Assembly (NCBI RefSeq): GCF_006345805.1
Contig: NC_042997.1
Coordinates: 179,428,001-179,492,000 of the forward strand
Reading direction: 5' to 3'
DNA: 64,000 nt
DNA from: Octopus sinensis
Lineage: Eukaryota
Of this stretch, positions 53,041 to 64,000 are shown in pieces (within the stretch, counting starts at the first letter, position 1; every line of letters starts with the position of its first letter). Below the pieces are notes generated by a model, which had not been told where the DNA came from, did not search any database, and worked only from the letters and a program-made list of their open reading frames with translations. The translations under genes were made by a program, and so were the position numbers.

Positions 53041-54901
53041 CATACATACATACACACACACACATATATATATATATAGGAATTCTCTATTAATTCGAAT
53101 GGTAATTACTAGGAACAAGGGATTAATAAGCCATTGAGGAAGTCTATACGTGATTGTTGGAATTGCAAGCCATAGCAACTAAATACTCGTATTGTCTGTT
53201 GACAAAGAACTGAAGAACATATTGAATATTATAATACTACGCATATTAAATATAAATGAGTGTGGAATGGTAATGGAACACCTACTCTTTTAGCTCATCG
53301 TTGGCCGCGAAATATCCAAAGGAAACAACAAAACAATAACTCTTGCTGAAAGCTGTAACCCTCACACGGTCAAACACTATGTTAAATGTGAAAAATTAAA
53401 ATATAAGAAGTATAATTTTTTGAGAATATCAAATGTATCACATTTACTATTCATCGTAATTTCACTTTATTTTCAATCATACCATTATGGTGATCATGGG
53501 TTCTGGACTCGTTTTCTTTTGTAATTTGACCCCAGTCGGGCCCATTCCCAATCGTTCTATAGGATGCAAATCCTTAACTAACCGATTGTACTATCTCCTG
53601 TATACTTCGACATACAGTGGTCCATCTTATGGAGTGCAGCTTGGTTGTCTGCACAGGACAACATTTCGATGGAATTTACATCGAAGGCAGCCAGCATGCA
53701 CTCGTTTACAATGAAATATTTAATTTTCTTGTGCTTTGAAGACCAGCATCAAATTTCCAACGCACATGCACCACTTTCTAAAACACATATTCTGTCTCTT
53801 CTTTTTCATTTCTATCACTATTCTTGTGACTTCTGATCCTCGCATCTTACTGATCTCGTATTTCCACCTCCGTCTCGCCTACCCTGCTTGTGACTTTACA
53901 TTTTGGCACTCTTTGTACATTCAACACTAACAGAACCTCGCTATGCACTTTACTCAGTCTGTCTTCCATTGAATATCAAGCCTCTGGCGTCTTCTCACGG
54001 TGACAGTTCAAACAGAACATAAACTGCATCATGTTCACCGGTTTCGGAAGTTCTGCAAAGGTCATGGGCACTGCTCTTTCTTCCTGAATCAGTAACAAGC
54101 ATCGAAAACCACATTGTTAGTATACTTTTAATGCATATTATTGTTGCTACTATTTCTGTCTGTATGTTTTATTTATGTTTGTCCAGGATATGTGAGAGAG
54201 TTATTATTTTGAATATATTGTAGTAGTGCTCTGAGATATTTGCGTATTTGTTTGGGTGAATGGAAGTAAATTGTACGTTGAAACAAATGATAGTGATTAA
54301 TGATAATGATTAATGGAGAAAAAAAACCGAGCCCATCTTATGTCAAAATGGGCTTCCATTTTAGCATTTCTATTTTATCTTGCAGCTGGTATTTCCACCT
54401 GGTCTATATACAAACTGTTATGAGATGTATTACGCCCTTTTGTGTTCGCTGTAATTCACTAGAAGGAAATAAAGATCCTTTGTGATTGTCATAAATCTTC
54501 ATGAATGAAATGTATTGTTCTTTTACTATTATCTGTTTCTTTCCATTGGTTAAATGTGGAACCTGTGATTTCTGTGGAGACATTCAATAGAGATCCTAGT
54601 TTTATGTCGTTTATGTATGTGTGTACGTGTGGTCAGTTGATATTATTCATCGTAATGAGTGATTGTATCTTATGCTTCCTTGTGTTCCTACTAAGAGAAG
54701 AAGCCAGAGATATGATAAGTACTAATCTAAGTCTACAGATTAGAGAGAACTTTAGAATAGTTTCCCAAACAAAAATAAGAAAACGTAGTGTTACGAAAAA
54801 AGACATATATCGCATTGAGAAGTAACGACGTGTGTTTCAAGACAGATCAAATACAATTTACATAGAAGAATTTTTGCTATGATCGCGATGAGATAAATAT
54901 A

Positions 54902-55080
54902 TAGGAGCAGGGGTAGGGTTGTGTGGTAAGAAGCTTTCTTTTCAACCACATGGTTCCGGGTTCAGTCTCATTGGGACCTTGGTTAAGTGTCTTCTACTAA
55001 GCCTCGGGCCAGCAAAAGCCTTGTGAGTGGATTTGGTAGACGGAAACTGAAAGAAGTCCGTCGTATATGTATATATGCAA
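54902..55080 (+). mobile_element. SINE family C 5' half
   Basis: gttgtgtggtaagaagc...caaccacatggttccgggttcagtc...gtggatttggtagacggaaactgaaagaagtccgtcg. Confidence 0.85.
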
Positions 55081-55288
55081 CTATATGTGGATTGTTGGCA
55101 ATTTTTTTCTTCCGTTTCTCTTTTCTCTTGGACTTACCTCCATCACCTGTTTCTGAATGAAAGCTTTGCTCAAAATGTAAGACACCCTTTCTTTCCTTCC
55201 TGAGCATCTTATTACTATTTTGCATGTACCACGTCCTTGCGTTGATTTTTTCTTGTGTGTTTTCTCCGTTTTTCTTTTTGGATTATAT

Positions 55289-55494
<206 letters not shown>

Positions 55495-55639
55495 GGTTTG
55501 TTTGTAAAGATACTCTGCGATATATATTCTGATCTTTCGCATTCTGATTTGTGATCCTGCCAATGTCAATTGTGAGGGTTGATAAATTAGAGCACCAGTC
55601 AGGTATTGGTGAGGAAGTTACAGACTGCGATTACGCTCC

Positions 55640-57700
55640 TCACCTTGTGGCGTTGGTATTCTGCCTAAATTATAAACGATTATGATTATCAATGTACAAT
55701 GGTGAAAAGATGTGAATGTATGTTTTATGAAAATGTAGAGAGATGACGTTGACGCGAGCTGAAAGAAGCTGATCCGAGATATATTGCAGATTGTCGAAAT
55801 ATTGTTATATATACAACAGACTGAACACATCTAACTTGAAGTTTATCAAACATTAATGAAGAGCTATTTTCTAACAGATATTCACAACAGCAGAGCATCT
55901 GAATTCTATGGTGATACATACGTTGTGTTGTCTGTTCCAGACAGCTATACCAGGCCTTCTATGCTTGAACTTGGTATGAGTTTTGAAGGGTAATGTTCCA
56001 CCAATAATCCTTGTGTAGCTATTCATGTATGTAATCAATAGTAGCGGAACTATCTATATGTAGCCCAAGACTCATTCTTCTTCGTATGGTAATGTATATC
56101 GTTTTAGCGACAACGCCATATCAGTTTGAGAGGTAATGACCTTTTGGGGTCGCTCCTAACGCAGGTTAGATAACTTACACAAAACTGTGACACACTCTAC
56201 ACTCTCCGTTGTATCTTGAGGCTCCAAGACCTTCATTGTCTTTTTCGTTCAGTAGGAATGTTGTATCAATGTCCTACTCTCGGATTGCAAGCGTATAGTT
56301 TTCGAAATGCGATGTGATGTAGTGGTCAAGAGTTCAAGAAATGCTGCACTCCAGGCCGATGTTACTGTCATCTTCAAGTCTTCGAGAAACATTCTTATAC
56401 ATAGTCTTTTTCTTGGCCTGATGCATGTTTCACATTCCAGCTTTTATTAACTATGCTATTCCAGTTGTTTTTTGGGTTTTACATATGTCGTCAGAGTGAG
56501 ATTACTTCATAGACAGCTCACTATCGACTCGTAGGATGTTGTTCTTTTCACTTGTGAGCACTCAGTTTAAATATGTAGTTTTGTTGCAGTTAACAGGGGT
56601 TATCTGCAAAAGAATATACGTTCGAAAGTTCTCTGTACTGATCTGACGCCTCTATTTCCATCGTCCTTTATTCTGTTAGCTTGTCGATATCACTTATCTG
56701 TGTCGGTATGTGTGGAAATTTCCACTTGATGTCAGAATCTTGCAGCTATTAATGACTATTGAGTGGATTTCTTCTACTGACCATTCAAGTGCCCTAAATG
56801 TTGCTATCAATATTAGGACCGTTAAAGCATTGTAGAGTATTGTCTTCTCAGAAGAGAGGTCTCACTATCATATTTCTCTAATTCTGGTCTAACATTCTCG
56901 GGTTACGCTATCTATATCGGCAGCGTTTTTTGTACGATATATATTTATCAATGCCGAGATATGTGTAGCATTTATTGTGTGCAACTTCAAACATAGAGAG
57001 GAAGACCTTTGATGCACACGATTTGAGTTTGGGTACAGATTTTCCACATTCAGCAACCAAATGCAAATATTTTTCCCTCATATTCCATTCTTAGTTCACC
57101 TGAAAATGCTTTGTAAATAGTTTTAGCTTAGAGCTACAGGTCATCTACAAAGACATTATGTGTTACCTTGGCATCCTTAGCAGCACGAAACCCTATCATA
57201 TAATCATTAAATTTCTGTAAAAGAAATGATGGCAGTTTTAATGTCAATATATAAAGAAGCACATGAAGATTATTTTCTTGATATATTTCCTTTAAATTGC
57301 GACTGTAACTGTTAGCGTTGCTTCCAAGATTTTGGGAGACTCTCAACGTCGGCGACAAATGTAACTGGTACATTTGTTAAGTGTAGAGACTTTGGCATCC
57401 ATGAGTGGGAAATAGAGCCAAATGCTTTCCTATAGTGAAGTCATAATGGTTCGTCGTTACTTCGGACAACACGTCTTTGTTTATCAAAATTTATTCGACA
57501 TATCCCCTCTCTTTTTGATCTTGATCTCAGACCATTATTTTTCTGAATCTTCATGATCTTTAAGGACTTCCTTAATGGTAGTGTTTTTCTTCTTCATCTT
57601 CCAGTATGATATATGTGCATTGAAACTAAACTTGGAAGTCGACTTATGATTCTTACTGGATGACTTAAAAGCTTTTCACTCAGCATCTTGAGTTTGAGTG
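55640..57700 (-). pseudogene. Long decayed R4-like (RLE) non-LTR retrotransposon: RT, Zn knuckle, RLE
   Basis: YRKAFGSISHSW (57433), IYQENNLHVLLYIL...KVTHNVFVDDL, CYTYLGI, EWSVEEI..KILTSSGNFH, ECRVCH, DYWWNIT, KHRRPGIAVW..CITIEFRC. Confidence 0.85.
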
Positions 57701-57939
57701 CTAAAGTAATTAGCTTTGCTCCAAGAGTTTACGTGAATGGTCCCCGTTGAGTTATGTTATAATTATACCTAACGTACAATTAGTAAGGTATGAACTTATG
57801 TTCCTTACATTTAATTGAGACTATCAACCACCCAAAATGCCAATGCAGATTCTTGATACCTTTAAGTCTTGTTGTCAATATGGGTTGTTACTTCCTTTTA
57901 GTAATTTCATTATCATGCACAATTGATATCTTGCCAAGG

Positions 57940-58165
57940 TTTTCTTTTAGATTAATAGATGGTGTGCATGGTAAAGACCTCCTTCGCTCATGAACAACCA
58001 TGAGATTGCACCTAGAAAGTTACGCTCCCAGACACAAGTCCGGACAAATTTGTCTATTGAAGACTAGCTGTCGTCCATTCATACCAGCCTCCCCTCTCCA
58101 CGCCACCGATGTTATTCAAGGGAAAGGCAGAGGCCGATACAGCTTGGCACTACTGACATCGCTGC
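57940..58165 (-). mobile_element. Probable SINE 3' fragment
   Basis: cataccagcctcccctctccacgccaccgatgttattcaagggaaaggcagaggccgatacagcttggcac; recognised by pattern only. Confidence 0.5.
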
Positions 58166-58634
58166 TGTGTGTAGGAAGGTAATAATTATCCAGTAATTTT
58201 CATCCTATAATTGCGTGTGCTTTCTAGTAACACCATCAATGACATTTAACATTTGAATAGCTGATTGTGTCTTTAATCCCCTTATGAATGGTCTTCGTAA
58301 GTTGAATATATTTCACAGTCGTCTTTGGCAAATAAGCTACATGAGGAGACACGCGGGTGTTTATTGATGGCCGAAGTGGTTTGCTGACATTATTAGCGAC
58401 CTCTCGTAAGACAAAAAATTACTGTCTCTCAGTATTTTGAGAAAATCTGATAGCATCTCGTGAGTTTGCTATCACAATTGCAGTGATAGCCATCATTAAT
58501 ATATATATATATATATATATATATTTAAATGATGTTTCTGGCCGAAGCTGTTTTCCGTTACAGAAGTTTGAGTAAACTTCGACCAGTATTTATAATTGCT
58601 TCATATAGCCGATAGAAGTGTCATCTGGAACCTT

Positions 58635-58832
58635 TTAATAGTGCAGTGGGAGATTATGGTTTAAACGTAAAAGTCTGCTGCAGCTAGAAGAGTATATACG
58701 GCGTCTTAAATAGCTTTCAAGCGTCGTTGTACTGCTTCTGTTGGTATCAGTATTTGTGTTGCCGTTATCAATATCAGACATGATTGTATAAGCAAAATTC
58801 CAACTGGTGTATAATACATCTTGTAATCCTAT
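58635..58832 (-). other. Candidate exon of unknown product
   Basis: Acceptor ttatctctcttcag|ATAGG followed by a 65-codon frame; an overlapping frame gives a 37-aa hydrophobic ORF (58819-58706). Confidence 0.25.
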
Positions 58833-59214
58833 CTGAAGAGAGATAAGATGTTAAGTAAAAGGTGTTTTTACTTATAACAGAAGACGTAAAACACTTACTG
58901 TATTAAGTTGGAGTACTAGACGTAATTGTGGAAGAAATCGTTCAAAAAGGCATTTTAACCGAGCCTCTGCACCTGTATACATTAGGTTAAGGTGTCATAT
59001 GTGTGTGTTTGTATGCACGCCGTATGTTGTATGTATGTGTATATATATATATATATATATATGTAAAAAGAAAAAAATATATACAAACTGGGACAAGAAC
59101 GTGAAACACCTAGAAGACGACACAAGAACCACAGGACAGGACATTCGAAGCCCTCAGTCATCAGTCAAGAACTGGATCATCTTCATATGCTGTATTTCGG
59201 GATAGACATTTTTT

Positions 59215-59260
59215 TGACCGGAAATCTTTCGTCACACTTCTGTGACCTCTTCAGCGACAC
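59215..59260 (-). ncRNA. Minimal type I hammerhead ribozyme-like motif, canonical core
   Basis: GUGUCG-CUGAAGA-G-GUCACA(GAAG)UGUGAC-GAAA-GAUU-UC-CGGU. 6-bp stem II, 4-bp stem I with two G-U pairs, UUC triplet. Confidence 0.65.
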
Positions 59261-59344
59261 TTACTGACTTCGCGTGTGCTCTTGCTCTTCTTATTCCATG
59301 GAAAGCGGAGCAAGTGCACACACGGAGACGGAAAGTATCACTGA

Positions 59345-59490
59345 AGGTGCTGCGACCATACTGGGGCATCGCCTTTAAGGGTTTAGTAGAACAAATCTTC
59401 CACGCCACTCAATTTTTTAAGTCTAATAATTGGTGTACGGTTTCTTTTGCCGAACCAGTAAGTGATGTAAATAAACCAATAGTGGTGTTC
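59345..59490 (-). mobile_element. Degenerate SINE family C-like 3' fragment
   Basis: gcgaccatactggggcatcgcctttaaggg...tttcttttgccgaaccagtaag. Confidence 0.55.
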
Positions 59491-59621
59491 GGGTATAAAT
59501 ATATGCACAAACACACACACATACTCACACACAGTGCACACAACACACACAAATGCATGCAAATATATTACATATACATACATATGGATGTACATATATA
59601 TATATATATATACATACACAT

Positions 59622-59810
59622 AATGAATCCAAACAAAGAAAAACGAACAAGAAAAAACAATAACGCTCAGCAAAGAAAGAAAAGAGGATTTAACGTTTCG
59701 AGCCAAGATCTTCGTCAGAAATAAAGGTAAGTCCAAAGGATCGGAAGACGGAGGAAGTAAATCGTCAACGATACACACGCGGTTACATTTTGAAATGACC
59801 GCCTAACTCT
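59622..59810 (-). mobile_element. Second copy of the 4587 repeat, with hammerhead-like motif at 59688-59723
   Basis: aatccaaacaa, acgctcag, ttaacgtttcgagc..tcttcgtcagaaa and aaatcgtcaacgatacacacgcgg are shared with 4593-4782. Core CUGACGA...GAAA is intact. Confidence 0.7.
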
Positions 59811-60050
59811 TGAATATTCTTTACCAATAGTCTGCTTGGACAAAAGGAAGGTATATTAGTTTCGTATCTATTACAATGATTTTGAGGAAATATACATATA
59901 CATCCATCCATACAAACATACATACATGCATATATATATATATATATATATATATACTACATACGCGTGTTTGTGCGTGTGTGTGTGAGTGCGTTCGTGT
60001 GTGTGTGTTTGTGTGTGTGTATGCGTGTGTGCGAGAGAGAGAGGGAGGGG

Positions 60051-60190
60051 ATTTCTTTCAGTTTCCATCAGCCAAATTTACTCACAAAACATTGATATAA
60101 CCTGAAGTTATAGTAGAAGTCTCTTACCAAGGTGCCACTCAGTGGGAATGAAACTCAGACCATGTGATTAGGAAGCAAATTTCTTAACAG
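60051..60190 (-). mobile_element. Degenerate SINE family C 5' half
   Basis: tttctttcagtttccatcagccaaatttactcacaa...ttaccaaggtgccac...gaccatgtgattaggaagcaa. Confidence 0.65.
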
Positions 60191-60216
60191 AGTTATTCTT
60201 GTGTGCATTAAGTGAT

Positions 60217-60317
60217 ATGCTTACAACACCTAGGGTTCCAAGTGCTAACTACACTCGACATTACTTAACTTCGCTGATCGAACTATCACCGGTGCTTTCA
60301 ACACGATATAGCCTAGA
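60217..60317 (-). pseudogene. 5S rRNA pseudogene with internal deletion
   Basis: Reverse complement TCTAGGCTATATCGTGTTGAAAGCACCGG..CGATCAGCGAAGTTAAG..GTCGAG..GTTAGCACTTGGA|ACCCTAGGTGTTGTAAGCAT follows invertebrate 5S, but ~19 nt after TTGGA are missing. Confidence 0.8.
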
Positions 60318-62754
60318 TATTTCAGTGCTTATCTTTCAGATATACCACTAGTCATTCCAGCCTTCATCTTTCCAACCTATTTTTTCTTTCACTCATCATT
60401 ATTTAAGACCACATTATTCAGTGTGATTCACCCATTTTTTGAGACGGTAGAATGTTGTGTGCAGGAGTACCGATTACTTTGGTAATTCAAAAGAAATTTT
60501 GCTGGCTAACATCGCAAAACTAAATATTGAATTCTTTACATTCATTATAAAATGAAATCATGATTGGGTGCAACATTGTTATTCGTCACCCCTCTTCAGT
60601 AATATGTGTACACGTATTATAATGAAGTCGGTTTCAGTAACTCTTGAACTTTCTTTACCAATAGACTCTTTGGATAAAAGAAAGGAATATCAGTTTTGTA
60701 TCTATTACAATGATTTAAAAGAAACGATGATTCACAAACCAACTAAAAAATCCTAGTATCTCCATTTCTGCCGATGAAAATTTACTAGTAAAATATTTAC
60801 ATTTTTTACGCCGATTTTAATATCAATATCTTTAATCTTTAAACGTTTGTTCTTTGCCTAGAGAAAAAAAATGTTTAATGCTTTTGTGTTGTTGAGAAGT
60901 GCTAAGATTCTCCGGGTGACGAAAATTATTTGAAATATATTTTAGACTGTATGATAGAAGTATTTCACTTCAATTCTCTTGTATAAAAGGAAATAGCTGT
61001 TATATTTCACTGGTTTATGTTTGGTTCAGATATCCAATTATTTTATAGCTGAGTTGTATCACAATCGGAAGCATAACGGAAAACTAACGTGCAGTATTTG
61101 GTCATTCCCCTGTATCCGGTATATTCAAATCGCGTTACCTTTTCTAAAACGATCCCGCAATTATTACAATTTATATCTGAAAATGTGTGTTTTCCTTCAA
61201 TATATGAAAAGTATATATATATTCACATACACACATATATGTATGTATGCATACAAGCGTACATGCATATATGAATCTTCATTCATTGGAATTATCAACG
61301 AGTGTATTCCTCCTTTTTAAATGTGTGGATACATTTTGGTTCAGATACATATGAAAGTTCTTTTGGATAGCGTTAGAAGTGGTGTTAGCAAAAATGTTAT
61401 ATTAGAATTTAGTATCTTGTGGGAATTTTGGAATAGTTCTGGAGAGGCAAAATTTCATGTCCATGTTTTTAGTATGTATGCATGTATGTATCAATGTATG
61501 AATATGTAGGTATGTGTATATGCTAATATATTCGTGTGTGCATGTTATTTGTACATGTACCTGTATGTATGCGAGTATGTATACATATGTATAGATAGGA
61601 TCAAAAACACTGAAGCTTTTGATGGTATTTCGACTAAGATCTGAAAGATCCATCCACAAAATGAGTATTTTGTTCGATGATCTACGAATCTATTTCATTA
61701 CCTTTGTTTCCTGTTATAATTTCCTTTCGTATTTATATAAATAATCCTGTTCATTTTGTCAGTTCTAGAATGATAAACGACAAAGTTAGTCCCGCTGGAA
61801 TTTAAACTAAGAACTTAAAGGTTCTTAATTAAACATCCATTTTATATTCATTTTATCCACCCTAGAAAGGTAAGAGAAAAGGTTGACCATGTCAAGATTT
61901 GAACTGAGAATGTAAAGCATCTCAACCACATATTCGTTTCATTGATCCTGGAAGAATAAATGGTAACTTTGGTCTCTATGATGTTTGAAATGAAAATGTA
62001 GAAATTCTTCCGGAAATACAGCGAGTATTTTGTCTGATGCACTTACGATTTTTCCAGAGCATCAACAAATCTGGATATTGGTTTTTAAGTCATGCAACAA
62101 GTCCATACATTTTCGGGCGGCTATATTCATCTAAATTTCTCCCAGGACTTGAAAAAATCCATGTGCCCTGTATATATTTTAACGGACTTACAATTATTAA
62201 AAATTGGTAATGTCAATAAATAATTGGGTAGAAATATTAGTAGGAAGACTAAGGCATCCAAATTGCCATACAACTTATAAAATTTATAAATATTCCATTT
62301 CAGATTTTGAATAATTTTTCCGTGTTTTTAAGTGTTCTTTTTGCTTCTCTGTGATCAGAGTGACAAATATGAATTAGCATGCATGAATATAAATTCAAAG
62401 ATTTGGATGTGTTTTGAACTGAGAACATTTATGGGCATAATTAAATGCCACTGTGCATTTTTCCAATGCTTTACTGATTCTGCTATACACCCTAATCTCT
62501 GGCGTACTACCCCTCTCCTTCTCTTTCCCCATGCATGCATGCACACACATACACATACACATACATGTACAGTATATAGAGATATATACATATATATTTA
62601 TGTAAGTATAACATATATATCCTTAAATATTTTATACATACATAAATTGTCTCTCTCTCTCTCACACACACACATACCTACTGGATAATATATAATATAA
62701 TAAGTTATGATATATATCCTTTTATCCTTATATATGTTTCAGCACTGAGTGTGT

Positions 62755-62792
<38 letters not shown>

Positions 62793-63487
62793 TTCTAGCG
62801 CAATATCTGCAAATATGTAAATATGTATATATCAGAAATAGATCAATCAAACAGTTGATGCATCATAACCGACATGGTCTCATTTGCATTTTTTATATTC
62901 CAATACATTATTTTGTGAACGTTCAAAAGTATAATTGCAAAATGAATGAATTATCGATCAATACTAATTTTTCTCGAAGAACACCCGAGAATGGTCTGTG
63001 AAGCTATAGAACGTAACAAATTCTGAAAATGTTGCTTTTAGAAAAGTATGAACATCTCAAAATCTCATTAATTGCTTTTTGCTTAAGTGTTATATGACTG
63101 GAGGAGGTCAACATATTATCACATATAAAACGAGTTAGTAAGAGTTATTCATGCACGATATTTTTCCTATGTAGAGCAGAAAAGCTCCCCTTCCATAATC
63201 CTTTTTCGCATTAAAAATAAAACATAGAGGATAATACTGCGTGTTGTGACTAATATCACATGATAGAAAAGTCTTCCCTGGAATTCTTTCGCTATAGTTG
63301 GTTTCAAACATGGCTGACGTAGAGTGATACCATCACCGAGAAATTATAAGCGACTTGCTAAATCATTGTATTCATGGGAGTTCAAGTTACTTAGTTGACT
63401 AACAAACTTGGAACAATCAAACAATCATAAATTAGTATGTTATAAATACACACACACACACATATATATTGAGTTGTACGTAACCAC

Positions 63488-63550
<63 letters not shown>

Positions 63551-63551
63551 C

Positions 63552-63585
<34 letters not shown>

Positions 63586-64000
63586 ATGTAAGTATGTATA
63601 TATATATATATATGTATGAGTGTATGTCAGTGTGTGAGAGTATGTGTGCACGTGCATTTGTATACGTACACATAATTGAATAAAGTTCCTTGGTACCAAG
63701 CATAATTCTTAGATTGCCACATACACTTATATAGCAGCGTAAAGTATAGAATTTAGTATCAATTAGAAAATGCAATAGCACAGCAGTTATGTGATCAGGT
63801 TTATTACCTTACATCCGTTTCTATTATGAAAACCGTTGTATGCAATGATGATGGCCCATGCGGCATCTTACAGCAGAAACAGCTCTATAGTAATCAAAGT
63901 GATTAGATAACGCTGTTCCTTGTCTCATATATATATATGTGTGTGTGTGTTGTGTATGTGTGTGTGCGTTCATGTGTGTATATGTATGTCTGTATACATA

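Noticed and set aside
53640-53960. RTE 3' end on the minus strand
   Set aside because: Only a vague GR.RW-like echo; too decayed to call.
59130-59170. Hammerhead from CUGAUGA-CUGAGGGCUUC-GAAUGUC
   Set aside because: GAAU instead of GAAA and no stem I pairing.

Overview
AT-rich eukaryotic DNA with dense microsatellites. The SINE families and repeat texture look like an octopus (coleoid cephalopod) intron or intergenic region; this is my inference, not a database result. I can identify no intact protein-coding gene, and most ORF-track entries are microsatellite translations. The window contains: at least three tRNA-derived SINE families, some with target-site duplications; decayed RTE and R4/Dong-type (restriction-like endonuclease) LINEs, including three divergent R4/Dong 3' ends stacked head-to-tail around (AAT)n; Penelope-like RT and GIY-YIG relics; a mariner-type MITE; Helitron-like fragments; and a 5S rRNA pseudogene. 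The most interesting signal is six minimal type I hammerhead-ribozyme-like motifs, all on the minus strand, in short repeats next to (TA)n or (CA)n arrays. One (2290-2340) has a compensatory G3-C8 swap of the catalytic-core pair, while its sibling core at 59215-59260 has the canonical C3-G8. Two others lie 203 nt apart in a retrozyme-like tandem, and one sits inside a 50-bp inverted duplication. All alignments and folds were done by eye, so many boundaries are approximate.
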